Notes: generated by a model not told the origin, from the sequence alone. A stretch of 64,000 bases of DNA from an uncultured Actinomycetota bacterium (GCA_963815705.1 CAWFHQ010000007.1:170687-234686); one strand, 5' to 3'. Numbered from the stretch's first letter, positions 1 to 12,189 are shown. Program-made: numbers and translations.

Positions 1-377
1 CGTCGCTGAACAAGACGCCGATCGACAAGTCGCTGGCCGAGATTGTGCTGCGCGACCTGATCGCCGATGCCAGCACCATGCAGATCAGTGCGGCGACCAT
101 CATGGCCGCCACCGCCGAATACTTCGACACCACTGTCGAGGAGTTACGCGGGCCGGGCAAGACCCGAGCACTGGCTCAGTCGCGCCAGATCGCGATGTAT
201 CTCTGCCGCGAGCTCACCGACCTGTCGCTCCCCAAGATCGGCCAGGCGTTCGGCCGCGACCACACCACGGTCATGTACGCGCAGCGAAAGATCTTGTCCG
301 AGATGGCCGAGCGGCGTGAGGTATTCGATCACGTCAAGGAACTCACCACTCGCATCCGTCAGCGCTCCAAGCGCTGA
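1..377 (+). CDS. dnaA: chromosomal replication initiator DnaA, C-terminal fragment (5' end lies outside the window)
   Basis: The frame is open from the window edge to TGA at 375-377. The translation (..[46 protein letters not shown]..) is the DnaA domain IV DNA-binding signature. The oriC spacer and dnaN follow. Confidence 0.95.
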
Positions 378-462
378 TTCGGGCCGCCGCGCGTCAAACT
401 TTTTTCAAAAAACTTCTCGCGCATTTGTCACTCCAGCCACAGCCAAGCGATGTGCGCAGCGT

Positions 463-471
463 TGTGTACAA
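463..471 (-). promoter_or_regulatory. DnaA-box-like 9-mer
   Basis: TGTGTACAA matches 8/9 positions of the reverse complement of the mycobacterial box TT(G/C)TCCACA. Confidence 0.45.
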
Positions 472-564
472 ACGTGCCAAACAACAGTGCAGCAATCGCC
501 CTTGAAGTGCACGCCCCTGCCCATCCCCAACGGCCCAACATCGGCTGCACAGTTACCAACCCTG

Positions 565-573
565 TCATCCACA
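565..573 (+). promoter_or_regulatory. DnaA-box-like 9-mer
   Basis: TCATCCACA matches 7/9 positions of TT(G/C)TCCACA, with the TCCACA core intact. Confidence 0.45.
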
Positions 574-607
574 AGCCGATCGCTCCGCTAGCTGCGCCGA
601 GATGGAC

Positions 608-616
608 CTGTCCCCA
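608..616 (+). promoter_or_regulatory. DnaA-box-like 9-mer (weak)
   Basis: CTGTCCCCA matches 7/9 positions of TTGTCCACA. Confidence 0.3.
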
Positions 617-795
617 AAATGCACAGGCCTTAATACTGGTACTGAGATCTCTCCATTGTTTCTTCTTTGAAGAACAGCCTTGGGGACGCCTCGTTACACA
701 GCGCACACGAAGCTCTCGACCACTCGGCTTGTCGGCCTGCGCGATTAGCTTTCAAGATGGGCGCAGAAGCTCTACGGTTGTGATTCGACTCCCGT

Positions 796-804
796 TGTGG
801 ACGT
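796..804 (-). promoter_or_regulatory. DnaA-box-like 9-mer
   Basis: TGTGGACGT matches 7/9 positions of the reverse complement TGTGGA(C/G)AA, with the TGTGGAC core intact. Confidence 0.4.
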
Positions 805-906
805 CGTGGCGCGTGACCTGCCATCGGCGTTCGTTACGGGGCCCCACGCTGGCGGGGCTGGAAGGCTAGCTGCCGGATTCGATCTTTGGGTAGGTGAAGG
901 GACGCT

Positions 907-2106
907 ATGGACGTGGCGACGACAACGGCTGGCCGCACCGATCTGAAGTTCCGCCTGGTCCGAGAATCTTTTGCCGAAGCGGTGTCGTGGGTTGCGAAGA
1001 ACCTGCCGAGCCGGCCGGCGGTGCCCGTTCTTTCCGGCGTGCTGTTGACCGGCTCGGATGAGGGTCTGACGATCTCAGGATTCGACTACGAGGTTTCCGC
1101 CGAAGTTCAGGTTGCAGCCGAAATCGCGTCTCCGGGAAGCGTTTTGGTGTCCGGAAGGCTGTTATCCGACATCACTCGGGCGTTGCCGGACAAACCGGTC
1201 GACTTTTACGTCGACGGCAATCGGGTCGCCTTGACCTGCGGAAGCGCAAAGTTCTCGCTACCGACGATGGCGGTTGAGGATTACCCGACGCTGCCGACGC
1301 TGCCCGAAGAGACCGGAAGCTTGCCGTCGGATTTGTTCGCCGAGGCGATCGGCCAGGTCGCGATTGCCGCCGGCCGGGACGACACGCTGCCGATGCTGAC
1401 CGGCATCCGGGTCGAGATCTCGGGTGAGAAGGTCGTTTTGGCCGCCACCGACAGGTTCCGTTTGGCAGTTCGTGAGCTGACGTGGTCGGCGCTGGCGCCC
1501 GACATCGAAGCGGCAGTGCTGGTCCCGGCCAAGACGCTGGCCGAGGCGGCCAAAACCGGCACGGACGGTTCCGATGTCCGGTTGTCGTTGGGCGCCGGCA
1601 CCGGAGTCGGAAAAGATGGGCTGCTCGGTATCAGCGGCAACGGCAAACGCAGCACCACACGGCTGCTGGACGCTGAGTTCCCGAAGTTTCGCCAGCTGTT
1701 GCCCGCAGAGCACACCGCGGTGGCAACCATCAACGTCGCTGAGTTGACCGAAGCCATCAAGCTGGTTGCGTTGGTGGCGGACCGGGGTGCGCAGGTGCGC
1801 ATGGAATTCGCCGACGGCATGTTGCGGCTGTCGGCCGGCGCCGACGATGTCGGACGCGCGGAGGAAGAACTTGCCGTCGACTTCGCCGGTGAGCCGTTGA
1901 CCATCGCGTTCAACCCGACTTATCTGACCGACGGGCTTAGCTCGGTCAAGGCGGATCGGGTGTCGTTCGGTTTCACCACCCCGGGCAAGCCGGCGTTGCT
2001 CCGCCCGGCGTTCGATGCCGATAGCCATCCGATGGGCACCGGTCCGTTTTCCGCGTTGCCCACGGATTACGTCTACCTGTTGATGCCAGTTCGGTTGCCC
2101 GGGTAG
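907..2106 (+). CDS. dnaN: DNA polymerase III beta sliding clamp
   Basis: 399-aa ORF with an ATG start. The translation (..[46 protein letters not shown]) is typical mycobacterial DnaN. Its position after oriC fits. Confidence 0.97.
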   Translation: MDVATTTAGRTDLKFRLVRESFAEAVSWVAKNLPSRPAVPVLSGVLLTGSDEGLTISGFDYEVSAEVQVAAEIASPGSVLVSGRLLSDITRALPDKPVDFYVDGNRVALTCGSAKFSLPTMAVEDYPTLPTLPEETGSLPSDLFAEAIGQVAIAAGRDDTLPMLTGIRVEISGEKVVLAATDRFRLAVRELTWSALAPDIEAAVLVPAKTLAEAAKTGTDGSDVRLSLGAGTGVGKDGLLGISGNGKRSTTRLLDAEFPKFRQLLPAEHTAVATINVAELTEAIKLVALVADRGAQVRMEFADGMLRLSAGADDVGRAEEELAVDFAGEPLTIAFNPTYLTDGLSSVKADRVSFGFTTPGKPALLRPAFDADSHPMGTGPFSALPTDYVYLLMPVRLPG

Positions 2107-3273
2107 GTGTACGTCCGGCATTTGGGGCTGCGCGATTTCCGGTCCTGGGCACACGCCGATCTCGAGCTCGAACCGGGCCGGACGGTGTTCGTCGGTCCCA
2201 ATGGTTTTGGGAAGACGAATTTGGTTGAGGCACTGTGGTATTCGACCACTTTAGGCTCACACCGGGTTGGGACGGATGCCCCGTTGATCCGGGCGGGTGC
2301 CGATCGAGCAGTGGTGTCCACGATCGTGGTCAACGAGGGGCGCGAATGCGCGATCGATTTGGAGATTGCCGCGGGACGGGCGAACAAGGCTCGGCTAAAC
2401 CGCTCGCCGGTGCGCAGCACGCGTGAGGTGATCGGGGTATTACGCGCCGTGCTCTTTGCTCCCGAAGACTTGGCCCTGGTCCGCGGGGATCCGGCAGACC
2501 GGCGTCGCTATCTCGACGAGTTGGCCACCGTGCGTCGCCCGGTGATCGCCGCGCTGCGCGCGGACTACGACAAAGTCTTGCGACAGCGCACCGCGCTGTT
2601 GAAATCATTGGCCGGGTCGCGGCATCGAGGTGACCAAGGCGCGTTGGAAACCCTTGATGTCTGGGATAGCCGATTGGCCGAGCACGGCGCCGAATTGATG
2701 GCCGCCCGCATCGATCTGGTGAACCAGTTGGCGCCAGAAGTGGAAAAGGCCTACCAGTTGCTGGCGCCGGCCTCGCGGCCGGCCGGGATCAACTATAAAA
2801 CCAGCATCGACGGTTCAGGTAGCGAAGGTGAGGGTGACGCCGCGGGCAGCGACCGGGAATTCTTGGAAGCCGCGCTGCTCGCCGCGCTGGCTTCCCGGCG
2901 TAACGCCGAATTGGAACGCGGCGTCTGTCTCGTCGGCCCGCATCGCGACGACCTGGAGCTGCGCCTCGGCGATCAACCCGCCAAAGGCTTTGCCAGCCAC
3001 GGGGAATCGTGGTCTTTCGCGATCGCGCTGCGGCTGGCCGCGTATGAATTGCTACGCGCGGACGGCAGCGAACCGGTGCTGTTGCTCGACGACGTGTTCG
3101 CCGAACTGGACGCAGCCCGCCGCAAGGCCCTGGCGGCCGTCGCCGAATCCGCGGAACAGGTGTTGGTAACCGCGGCGGTGCTAGAAGATATCCCCGCGGG
3201 CTGGGACGCTAGGCGGGTGCACATCAACTTGCAAGACGATGACGCCGGACGAGTCTCGGTGCTGCAAGCATGA
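2107..3273 (+). CDS. recF: DNA replication and repair protein RecF
   Basis: 388-aa ORF whose GTG start directly follows the dnaN stop. It has the N-terminal P-loop GPNGFGKTN and the SMC-like signature [11 protein letters not shown]. Confidence 0.95.
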   Translation: MYVRHLGLRDFRSWAHADLELEPGRTVFVGPNGFGKTNLVEALWYSTTLGSHRVGTDAPLIRAGADRAVVSTIVVNEGRECAIDLEIAAGRANKARLNRSPVRSTREVIGVLRAVLFAPEDLALVRGDPADRRRYLDELATVRRPVIAALRADYDKVLRQRTALLKSLAGSRHRGDQGALETLDVWDSRLAEHGAELMAARIDLVNQLAPEVEKAYQLLAPASRPAGINYKTSIDGSGSEGEGDAAGSDREFLEAALLAALASRRNAELERGVCLVGPHRDDLELRLGDQPAKGFASHGESWSFAIALRLAAYELLRADGSEPVLLLDDVFAELDAARRKALAAVAESAEQVLVTAAVLEDIPAGWDARRVHINLQDDDAGRVSVLQA

Positions 3274-3833
3274 CCGGAACCGGAGACGACCCACCCGCCG
3301 AGCGCTCCGCACAGCCGAGCGACCTCAGCGGTATCGACTTGGTGCGGCGCACCCTCGAGGAGGCCCGCGCGGCCGCGCGAGCGCAGGGCAAGGACGCCGG
3401 GCGCGGGCGAGGAAGCAATCCCGTTCCGCGTCGTGTTGCCGGGCAGCGGCGAAGCTGGTCGGGTCCGGGGCCCGACGTGCGCGACCCACAACCGATGGGA
3501 CGGGTCGCCCGCGACCTTGCGAAGAAGCGTGGTTGGTCGGGACGCGTCGCCGAGGGCACCGTGCTCGGCCACTGGGCGTCCGTGGTGGGCCATCAGATCG
3601 CCGATCACGCGACCCCCACCGCCCTCAATGAGGGGGTGCTCAGCGTGGCCGCCGAATCCACCGCCTGGGCCACGCAGCTGCGCATGATCCAGGCGCAGCT
3701 GTTAGCCAAGATCGCCGCAGCGGTCGGCAACGGCATAGTGACCTCGCTGAAGATCACCGGTCCGTCCGCCCCTTCCTGGCGGAAGGGGCCCCGGCACATC
3801 TCCGGTCGAGGCCCGCGCGACACGTACGGCTGA
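3270..3833 (+). CDS. dciA: DUF721 / DciA-type replication protein (Rv0004-like)
   Basis: 187-aa ORF with an ATGA overlap onto the recF stop. It sits in the conserved position between recF and gyrB. The basic N-terminus and the ..[37 protein letters not shown].. core are typical of DUF721. Confidence 0.85.
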   Translation: MTGTGDDPPAERSAQPSDLSGIDLVRRTLEEARAAARAQGKDAGRGRGSNPVPRRVAGQRRSWSGPGPDVRDPQPMGRVARDLAKKRGWSGRVAEGTVLGHWASVVGHQIADHATPTALNEGVLSVAAESTAWATQLRMIQAQLLAKIAAAVGNGIVTSLKITGPSAPSWRKGPRHISGRGPRDTYG

Positions 3834-4076
3834 CACGATTGGCTGGTTCATCGATATCGGCGATCCGCCGCCGGCGAGGCGCAAAAGTTCGCCCTCTCAG
3901 ATCCGCGAGAACGAAACGGACCCCCATGACGCACGTCCGGACGCGGTGTCAATAAAGAAAATAAGCGCACGGCGCGTCCAGATAGGTAGAAACGCGCCCA
4001 GAAAATCGGTCCCGACCCCCGATGACGGTAGAGTGAAGTGATGCGACTGCTGCGGTGACTGGAACCGCCCGCATGA

Positions 4077-6134
<2,058 letters not shown>

Positions 6135-6172
6135 GACATCGAGACGGCGAGTTCTAGCGACCGAAGGAACAC

Positions 6173-8692
6173 ATGACTGACACCACGTTGCCGCCGAGCG
6201 ACGCCGCGGGCGACCGCATCGAACCGGTCGACATCCAGCAGGAGATGCAGCGCAGCTACATCGACTACGCGATGAGCGTGATCGTGGGCCGTGCGCTGCC
6301 GGAGGTGCGCGACGGTCTCAAGCCGGTGCACCGCCGGGTGCTCTACGCGATGTTCGACTCCGGGTTCCGCCCGGACCGCGGTCACGCGAAATCCGCACGC
6401 TCGGTTGCCGAGACGATGGGTAACTATCACCCGCACGGCGACTCGTCGATCTACGACACCCTGGTGCGGATGGCACAGCCCTGGTCGCTGCGCTACCCAC
6501 TGGTCGACGGGCAGGGCAACTTCGGCTCACCGGGCAACGACCCGCCAGCCGCGATGCGGTACACCGAAGCCCGGCTGACGCCGCTGGCGATGGAGATGTT
6601 GCGCGAAATCGACGAGGAGACAGTCGATTTCATCCCCAACTACGACGGCCGGGTTCAAGAACCGACCGTCCTGCCCAGCCGGTTCCCCAACCTGCTGGCC
6701 AACGGTTCGGGCGGCATCGCGGTCGGCATGGCCACCAACATCCCGCCCCACAACCTCACGGAGCTTGCGGAGGCCGTCTACTGGTGCCTGGACAACCACG
6801 AGGCCGACGAGGAAGCCACGCTGGCCGCGGTGTGCGAGCGGGTCAAGGGGCCAGACTTCCCGACGTACGGTTTGATCGTTGGCTCACAAGGGATCAACGA
6901 TGCCTACACCACCGGCCGCGGCTCCATTCGGATGCGCGGAGTTGTTGAGGTCGAAGAAGATTCGCGCGGGCGTACCTCGATCGTCATCACCGAATTGCCC
7001 TACCAGGTCAACCACGACAACTTCATCACCTCGATCGCTGAGCAGGTGCGCGACGGCAAGCTGGCCGGCATCTCCAACATCGAGGACCAGAGCAGTGACC
7101 GGGTTGGCTTGCGCATTGTCATCGAGGTCAAGCGCGACGCTGTGGCCAAGGTCGTGCTGAACAACCTCTACAAGCACACCCAGCTGCAGACCAGTTTCGG
7201 CGCCAACATGCTGTCGATCGTCGACGGGGTGCCGCGCACGCTGCGCCTCGACCAGATGATCCGTCATTACGTCGAGCACCAACTCGACGTAATCGTCCGC
7301 CGCACCACCTATCGGCTGCGCAAGGCCAACGAGCGGGCCCACATTCTGCGCGGTCTGGTCAAAGCGCTGGACGCACTGGACGAAGTCATCGCCCTGATCC
7401 GCGCGTCGGAAACCGTCGACATCGCGCGGGTCGGCTTGATCGAATTGCTCGACATCGACGAGATCCAGGCCCAGGCCATCCTGGACATGCAGCTGCGCCG
7501 GCTGGCGGCCCTGGAGCGTCAGCGCATCGTCGACGACCTTGCCAAGATCGAAGCCGAAATTGCCGATCTGGAAGACATTTTGGCCAAACCGGAACGGCAG
7601 CGCCAGATCGTGCACGACGAGCTCGCCGAGATCGTCGAGAAGCACGGCGACGCGCGTCGTACCCGGATCATCGCGGCCGACGGCGACGTCAACGACGAGG
7701 ACCTGATCGCGCGCGAGGACGTCGTCGTCACGATCACCGAGACCGGATATGCCAAACGCACCAAGACGGACCTGTACCGCAGCCAGAAACGTGGCGGCAA
7801 GGGTGTGCAGGGCGCCGGACTCAAGCAGGACGACATCGTCGCGCACTTCTTCGTGTGCTCGACACACGACTGGATCCTGTTCTTCACCACGCAGGGGCGG
7901 GTGTACCGGGCCAAGGCGTACGAGCTGCCGGAGGCGTCGCGGACCGCGCGCGGGCAACACGTCGCCAACCTGTTGGCCTTCCAACCCGAGGAACGCATCG
8001 CCCAGGTCATCCAGATCCAGGGGTACGAGGATGCGCCGTACCTGGTGCTGGCCACCAAGAACGGTCTGGTCAAGAAGTCCAAGCTGACCGACTTCGACTC
8101 CAACCGCTCGGGTGGGATCGTCGCCGTCAACCTGCGCGACGGCGACGAGCTGGTCGGTGCCGTGCTCTGCTCCGCCGCGGAGGATCTGCTCCTGGTCTCG
8201 GCCAACGGGCAGTCCATCCGGTTCTCGGCGACCGACGAGGCGCTGCGACCGATGGGCCGTGCCACGTCCGGCGTGCAGGGCATGCGATTCAACGAGGACG
8301 ATCGGCTGCTGTCGCTCAATGTGGTGCAGGAAGGCATGTTCCTGCTTGTCGCCACGGCCGGTGGTTACGCCAAGCGCACCGCGATCGAGGAGTACCCGGT
8401 GCAGGGCCGCGGCGGCAAGGGAGTTCTGACCGTTCAGTACGACCGCCGGCGCGGCAGTCTGGTGGGTGCGCTGATTGTCGACGACGACAGCGAGTTGTAC
8501 GCGATCACCTCGGGCGGCGGCGTCATCCGCACCGCGGCGCGCCAGGTCCGCAAGGCCGGTCGGCAGACCAAGGGCGTTCGGTTGATGAACCTGGGTGAGG
8601 GCGACACACTGTTGGCGATTGCACGCAACGCCGAAGAAAGCGCCGACGACGACATCGAGGAAATCGAGGGCGGCGAGGAGTCGGAGAGCTAG
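6173..8692 (+). CDS. gyrA: DNA gyrase subunit A (no intein)
   Basis: 839-aa ORF. The QRDR reads [20 protein letters not shown], the catalytic Tyr context is [10 protein letters not shown], and the C-terminus has beta-pinwheel repeats and an acidic tail. Confidence 0.98.
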   Translation: MTDTTLPPSDAAGDRIEPVDIQQEMQRSYIDYAMSVIVGRALPEVRDGLKPVHRRVLYAMFDSGFRPDRGHAKSARSVAETMGNYHPHGDSSIYDTLVRMAQPWSLRYPLVDGQGNFGSPGNDPPAAMRYTEARLTPLAMEMLREIDEETVDFIPNYDGRVQEPTVLPSRFPNLLANGSGGIAVGMATNIPPHNLTELAEAVYWCLDNHEADEEATLAAVCERVKGPDFPTYGLIVGSQGINDAYTTGRGSIRMRGVVEVEEDSRGRTSIVITELPYQVNHDNFITSIAEQVRDGKLAGISNIEDQSSDRVGLRIVIEVKRDAVAKVVLNNLYKHTQLQTSFGANMLSIVDGVPRTLRLDQMIRHYVEHQLDVIVRRTTYRLRKANERAHILRGLVKALDALDEVIALIRASETVDIARVGLIELLDIDEIQAQAILDMQLRRLAALERQRIVDDLAKIEAEIADLEDILAKPERQRQIVHDELAEIVEKHGDARRTRIIAADGDVNDEDLIAREDVVVTITETGYAKRTKTDLYRSQKRGGKGVQGAGLKQDDIVAHFFVCSTHDWILFFTTQGRVYRAKAYELPEASRTARGQHVANLLAFQPEERIAQVIQIQGYEDAPYLVLATKNGLVKKSKLTDFDSNRSGGIVAVNLRDGDELVGAVLCSAAEDLLLVSANGQSIRFSATDEALRPMGRATSGVQGMRFNEDDRLLSLNVVQEGMFLLVATAGGYAKRTAIEEYPVQGRGGKGVLTVQYDRRRGSLVGALIVDDDSELYAITSGGGVIRTAARQVRKAGRQTKGVRLMNLGEGDTLLAIARNAEESADDDIEEIEGGEESES

Positions 8693-8817
8693 CTCGGCAG
8701 CGGTGCGGGTCGACCAGTGGCCTGCCAACGGGTATGGGCAATTAGACTCAGCCCGACCAGAGAAAATGCGAGTGCCACGGTCCGGTCGGGCAAGGCAGCA
8801 GAGGTAAGGAGTCTCCG

Positions 8818-9696
8818 GTGACCTCACCGAGCGAGCCGGGTGCCCCCAAGAAGGGCGACAGCCAGAACGTGGATGTTTCGGCCGAGCGTGCCGGTGCGCA
8901 CCCGCGTGGGGCCCCCAACCCGGCAGGCCGTAGTCAGGAGGGCGGGGATTCGCCACCGTGGCAGCGCGGTGCCGCCCGGGCCGCCAATCCCGCAAACCGT
9001 CAGGGCGAACCTCCGATCGAGGCGCGGCCGCCCGGGCCGCCGTCCGGTGTTGACGCCCGATTGAACCGTTTCATCTCGGGTGGCAACACGCAGGGGGCTA
9101 GCGCGCCACCGCAGTCGAAGAGCCAGGAATTCGATGCGCCGGCCCGCGGCGCCGGGCCAACGCACGAGGCCTACGCCAGTGAGTTGCCGGATCTGTCCGG
9201 CGGGATTCCGCGGGGATCACAGCGTAAGACCGCACCTGAGCGCAGCCCGGAAACGTCACAATCGGCGCGCTCGACGGGCACCGAACCCCGGGAGAGTCGC
9301 GACAGCATGGTTCAGGTGTCGCGGCGAAAGGGAGGCCCGGTCCGGGCCAGCATGCAGATCCGCCGGGTCGATCCGTGGAGCACGCTGAAGGTATCCCTGA
9401 TGCTTTCGGTGGCGCTGTTCTTCGTCTGGATGATCGCCGTGGCGTTCCTCTACCTCGTGCTCGGCGGCATGGGAGTGTGGGCAAAGCTCAACAGCAACGT
9501 CGGTGACCTGCTGAACAACACCAGCGGCAGCAGCGGAGAATTGGTCTCGAGCGGCACGATCTTCGGCGGCGCCGTGCTGATCGGCTTGGTCAACATCGTC
9601 TTGCTGACCGCCATGGCCACGATCGGCGCGTTCGTCTACAACCTGACGACCGACCTGATCGGCGGCATCGAAGTGACGCTGGCGGATCGGGATTAG
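8818..9696 (+). CDS. Rv0007-like membrane protein (Pro/Gly-rich N-terminus, two C-terminal TM helices, DUF3566-like)
   Basis: 292-aa ORF with a GTG start preceded by AAGGAG. The C-terminal block ..[63 protein letters not shown] is conserved, and the gene follows gyrA as in other mycobacteria. Confidence 0.8.
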   Translation: MTSPSEPGAPKKGDSQNVDVSAERAGAHPRGAPNPAGRSQEGGDSPPWQRGAARAANPANRQGEPPIEARPPGPPSGVDARLNRFISGGNTQGASAPPQSKSQEFDAPARGAGPTHEAYASELPDLSGGIPRGSQRKTAPERSPETSQSARSTGTEPRESRDSMVQVSRRKGGPVRASMQIRRVDPWSTLKVSLMLSVALFFVWMIAVAFLYLVLGGMGVWAKLNSNVGDLLNNTSGSSGELVSSGTIFGGAVLIGLVNIVLLTAMATIGAFVYNLTTDLIGGIEVTLADRD

Positions 9697-9757
9697 TGCA
9701 GGTTTTGGGGTGGGGCGACGATTGCGGTAATCTCGTCGCTCGGCCGTACGCGTATAC

Positions 9758-9831
9758 GGGCCTATAGCTCAGGCGGTTAGAGCGCTTCGCTGATAACGAA
9801 GAGGTCGGAGGTTCGAGTCCTCCTAGGCCCA
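9758..9831 (+). tRNA. ileT: tRNA-Ile (anticodon GAT)
   Basis: I folded the cloverleaf by hand. The acceptor stem is GGGCCTA/TAGGCCC, the anticodon loop CTGATAA and the T-arm GGAGGTTCGAGTCCTCC. Length is 74 nt and CCA is not encoded. Confidence 0.95.
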
Positions 9832-9976
9832 CAACCATGTGCCCATCAAGACGTTGTGTGAGACTGGCATTGCCGCTGGCGCTGATTGCCTTGGTCACGG
9901 TGGTGGTGCGGTCCCGACGCGGGGTTGAGGTCTGGCACGTGGCGGCAGTGGATCCCGCATCCGTTGACCGGCAAGA

Positions 9977-10049
9977 GGGGCCTTAGCTCAGTTGGTAGAG
10001 CACTGCCTTTGCAAGGCAGGTGTCAGGGGTTCGATTCCCCTAGGCTCCA
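9977..10049 (+). tRNA. alaT: tRNA-Ala (anticodon TGC)
   Basis: The acceptor stem GGGGCCT/AGGCTCC carries the G3:U70 alanine identity pair. The anticodon stem-loop is CTGCC-TTTGCAA-GGCAG and the T-arm is GGGGTTCGATTCCCC. Length is 73 nt. Confidence 0.95.
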
Positions 10050-10253
10050 CAAATCAAAAAGGACGCGCTGCCGGATTGCTTACTCCCCCATAGATGTTGG
10101 CCCTCGCGGGTCGCGGGGCTCGGTTTTGCGCATCTGCTGCTGGGTGGTGAACCCCATCCACGGACGCGGCCGCTCGGGCAGCCGCCGAACCACGTCGACG
10201 ACTAAGCCCAGCCGCTTAGTGCGATTGCCGTTGGCGTACGCCGACCTCGAGAC

Positions 10254-10370
10254 CTACATATTGGGCGTAGCCGGCGCGGTGACGGTTTCACCGCATCCGG
10301 CAGCCGTCACGCTCAGGGTGGCGAAGGTGAGGAAGGCGGCGACAACGAGCTTGGTGGTCAGTCGAGACAT
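10254..10370 (-). CDS. candidate 38-aa mini-lipoprotein (not in the ORF track, which only lists ORFs of 60 aa or more)
   Basis: My translation is MSRLTTKLVVAAFLTFATLSVTAAGCGETVTAPATPNM*. The ATG is preceded by GGAG at -10..-7. It has a basic n-region, a hydrophobic h-region and an AAGC lipobox-like cysteine. About 76% of third codon positions are G/C, which is coding-like. Confidence 0.35.
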   Translation of the reverse strand: MSRLTTKLVVAAFLTFATLSVTAAGCGETVTAPATPNM

Positions 10371-10508
10371 GACTGCTCCGTTCATTCCGGCCCCCTTGGC
10401 CGAAACTCTAAGACGGGCCCCGGAGAGCTGGCCAGCTAGTCCACCGGAACGGATAGCGAACGAGCACAGTGCAAGTGGTGAATTCTCGTCTTGCTGTCCG
10501 ACTTGGGG

Positions 10509-10946
10509 TCAGGGGCGAGGTTGCACGTCCACACTGGGCGGCCGCGGTGACGGTTCGGCGTTGTTGCGGTTGGTCGAGCGCCGGACGATGCTGAAGGCGG
10601 CCGCGCCGCCGGCCAGGACGACGACGACGGCTCCGGCGATCAGCAGGGGGCGCTTTCCCCGGCGGCGTTGGGATTTGCGCGCGTCCTGCAGTGCCTGCGG
10701 CAGGCTCGAGACAACCTCTTGCGCGGCGGCCAGTTCCTGGGCGAGCGTTTCCTGGGCCGCGGCGATATCGCGAGAAAGTTGGCCCTGGCGGTAGCGGCGA
10801 CGCAACTCCGATGCCGTCGACTGCGTGGAATGGACCCCTAATCCGATGAGACCGCGTGTGACGTCCATCGGTCCCACTGCCGAGTAAGTCAGGCCCCGAG
10901 ACAGTCGCTGCCTAGGGGTCAGCTGGGATTCCGCCTGCGCGCTCAT
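10509..10946 (-). CDS. cwsA: CwsA-like small membrane protein (Rv0008c-like)
   Basis: I took the internal ATG at 10946 of the 212-aa ORF, giving 145 aa: MSAQAESQLTPRQRL..KRPLLIAGAVVVVLAGGAAAFSIV.. with one C-terminal TM helix. The longer ORF would run into the ppiA promoter region. Confidence 0.75.
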   Translation of the reverse strand: MSAQAESQLTPRQRLSRGLTYSAVGPMDVTRGLIGLGVHSTQSTASELRRRYRQGQLSRDIAAAQETLAQELAAAQEVVSSLPQALQDARKSQRRRGKRPLLIAGAVVVVLAGGAAAFSIVRRSTNRNNAEPSPRPPSVDVQPRP

Positions 10947-11040
10947 CTGCCGCCTTTCTGTGCCGCCCGTGGAACCTACAGACTGCCACCATAAGAACAC
11001 CGGCGCGCCTATTGCAGCGTGACGTCGGACTTTTCGGTCC

Positions 11041-11067
11041 CGGCTGTCCCGGCTGTCCCGACTGACA
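11041..11067. repeat. short tandem 9-mer (CGGCTGTCC x2 plus a degenerate CGACTGACA)
   Basis: Read directly from the sequence in the divergent cwsA/ppiA intergenic region. Confidence 0.6.
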
Positions 11068-11092
11068 CCGGGTGCGGGCCGGTCCGCGGGTA

Positions 11093-11641
11093 ATGGCAGA
11101 CTCTCGTGTCGTGACCAACAGCCCGCATCAGACTGCCACTGCCACACTGCACACCAACCGCGGCGACATCAAGATCGCCCTGTTTGGAAACCACGCGCCC
11201 AAGACCGTCGCCAACTTCGTTGGCCTGGCGCAGGGCACCAAGGAGTACTCGGCCCAGAACGCGTCGGGTAGTCCTTCCGGTCCGTTCTACGACGGCGCGG
11301 TCTTTCACAGAGTGATCCAGGGCTTCATGATCCAGGGCGGCGACCCGACCGGTACGGGACGCGGCGGCCCGGGCTACCAATTCGCCGACGAGTTCCACCC
11401 CGAGCTGCAGTTCGACAAGCCGTACCTGCTGGCGATGGCCAACGCGGGTCCGGGCACCAACGGCTCGCAATTCTTCGTCACCGTTGGCCCCACGCCGCAC
11501 CTGAACCGGCGCCACACCATCTTCGGCGAGGTGACCGACCCGGAGTCGCAGAAGGTCGTCGATGCGATCGCGACGACGTCCACCGACGGCAACGACCGTC
11601 CGACCGACGCGGTCGTCATCGAGTCGATCACGATCTCTTAA
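11093..11641 (+). CDS. ppiA: peptidyl-prolyl cis-trans isomerase A (cyclophilin)
   Basis: 182 aa from ATG 11093: MADSRVVTNSPHQTATATLHTNRGDIKIALFGNHAPKTVANF..FHRVIQGFMIQGGDP..MANAGPGTNGSQFF. These are cyclophilin signatures. Confidence 0.93.
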   Translation: MADSRVVTNSPHQTATATLHTNRGDIKIALFGNHAPKTVANFVGLAQGTKEYSAQNASGSPSGPFYDGAVFHRVIQGFMIQGGDPTGTGRGGPGYQFADEFHPELQFDKPYLLAMANAGPGTNGSQFFVTVGPTPHLNRRHTIFGEVTDPESQKVVDAIATTSTDGNDRPTDAVVIESITIS

Positions 11642-11670
11642 GCCCGTCCGGTAACTAAGCCGGCCCGTAG

Positions 11671-12105
11671 CTAAGCCGGCCCAGCACCGTCTCGGCCGGC
11701 GTAGCCGGCCGTGGTGAGCGCGTCGAGCACCTCCAGCGGGTCGGCGCCCAGATCCCATCGGGAGAACAGCACCAGCTGCTCGTCCACCGTTTCGACTTCG
11801 AGGAAACGCACCTTGCGCCCGAGGCGACGGAACTCGGTGATCCGAATGATCTTGATGTCGGAGTGCTGTAATACCTGCGTCCGGCACCACCCCCGGATTG
11901 CCAGCCCGCTGGAGGTAATAGCCAGCTTTGGACGCGCGCGCCACGTCGCGCCCGCAAACAACAGCAGACCCGCCCCGGCAATCCCCGCCATGACCCGGCC
12001 CGGCGGGTCTGTGACCACGGTCACACTGGCGATAGCCATGAAAACCCCGCCAAGGCCACAACCAGCAACTCCCGCAGCACGCGGCTGCCACTGTGTTTGC
12101 TGCAT
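11671..12105 (-). CDS. Rv0010c-like membrane protein (PH-domain-like)
   Basis: 144 aa from ATG 12105 (MQQTQWQPRAAGVAGCGLGG..), with two N-terminal hydrophobic helices followed by ..LAIRGWCRTQVLQHSDIKIIRITEFRR... The ORF track also allows a start at 12150. Confidence 0.7.
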   Translation of the reverse strand: MQQTQWQPRAAGVAGCGLGGVFMAIASVTVVTDPPGRVMAGIAGAGLLLFAGATWRARPKLAITSSGLAIRGWCRTQVLQHSDIKIIRITEFRRLGRKVRFLEVETVDEQLVLFSRWDLGADPLEVLDALTTAGYAGRDGAGPA

Positions 12106-12171
12106 ACCGTCCTTAACCCCTCCCACCACTGCCGATGCAGTTATCCACATCAGCTATCAACAGTGGGGATA

Positions 12172-12189
12172 AATCACACGCGTGTGATT
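12172..12189. promoter_or_regulatory. perfect 18-bp palindrome AATCACACG|CGTGTGATT (candidate operator or terminator)
   Basis: Read directly. It lies between the crgA stop (12261) and the start of the Rv0010c-like gene (12105). Confidence 0.4.

Larger units (their letters stand above)
378..906. other. oriC (dnaA-dnaN intergenic replication origin)
   Basis: The dnaA-dnaN spacer is where oriC lies in mycobacteria. It has no credible ORF. It contains several DnaA-box-like 9-mers and two locally AT-rich tracts (395-416 and 630-676) in otherwise GC-rich DNA. Confidence 0.8.

Noticed and set aside
6884-8995. 703-aa ORF on the - strand across gyrA, with similar long shadow ORFs such as 1258-2154, 4497-5351, 39871-40884, 40942-42258, 28540-29790 and 16611-17615.
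   Set aside because: They lie antisense or out of frame to genes with unmistakable homology. Their translations are Arg/Gly/Pro/Asp-rich with no recognisable motifs. Long stop-free alternative frames are expected in DNA this GC-rich.
9837-9986. 49-aa ORF with one hydrophobic helix (MCPSRRCVRLALPLALIALVTVVV..) in the tRNA-Ile/tRNA-Ala spacer.
   Set aside because: It lies inside a probable tRNA co-transcript and its 3' end overlaps tRNA-Ala. Its first dozen codons use rare AT-ending codons, and it has no SD.
10075-10250. Possible gene remnant on the - strand (..VVDVVRRLPERPRPWMGFTTQQQMRKTEPRDPRGPTSMGE*) downstream of the mini-lipoprotein candidate.
   Set aside because: It has no start codon context, I recognise no family, and it is too short to support a pseudogene call.
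9886-10794. 302-aa + strand ORF starting between the two tRNAs.
   Set aside because: It runs straight through tRNA-Ala and antisense through the cwsA-like gene. Its composition is Arg/Ser/Ala-rich and non-protein-like.
11009-12091. 360-aa - strand ORF.
   Set aside because: It is antisense to ppiA and out of frame with the Rv0010c-like gene. It is a shadow ORF.
12141-12149. Perfect E. coli-type DnaA box TTATCCACA upstream of the Rv0010c-like gene, 11 kb from oriC.
   Set aside because: It is a single isolated 9-mer. One chance occurrence in 2 x 64 kb is not improbable, and mycobacterial DnaA prefers TTGTCCACA. I have no supporting context.
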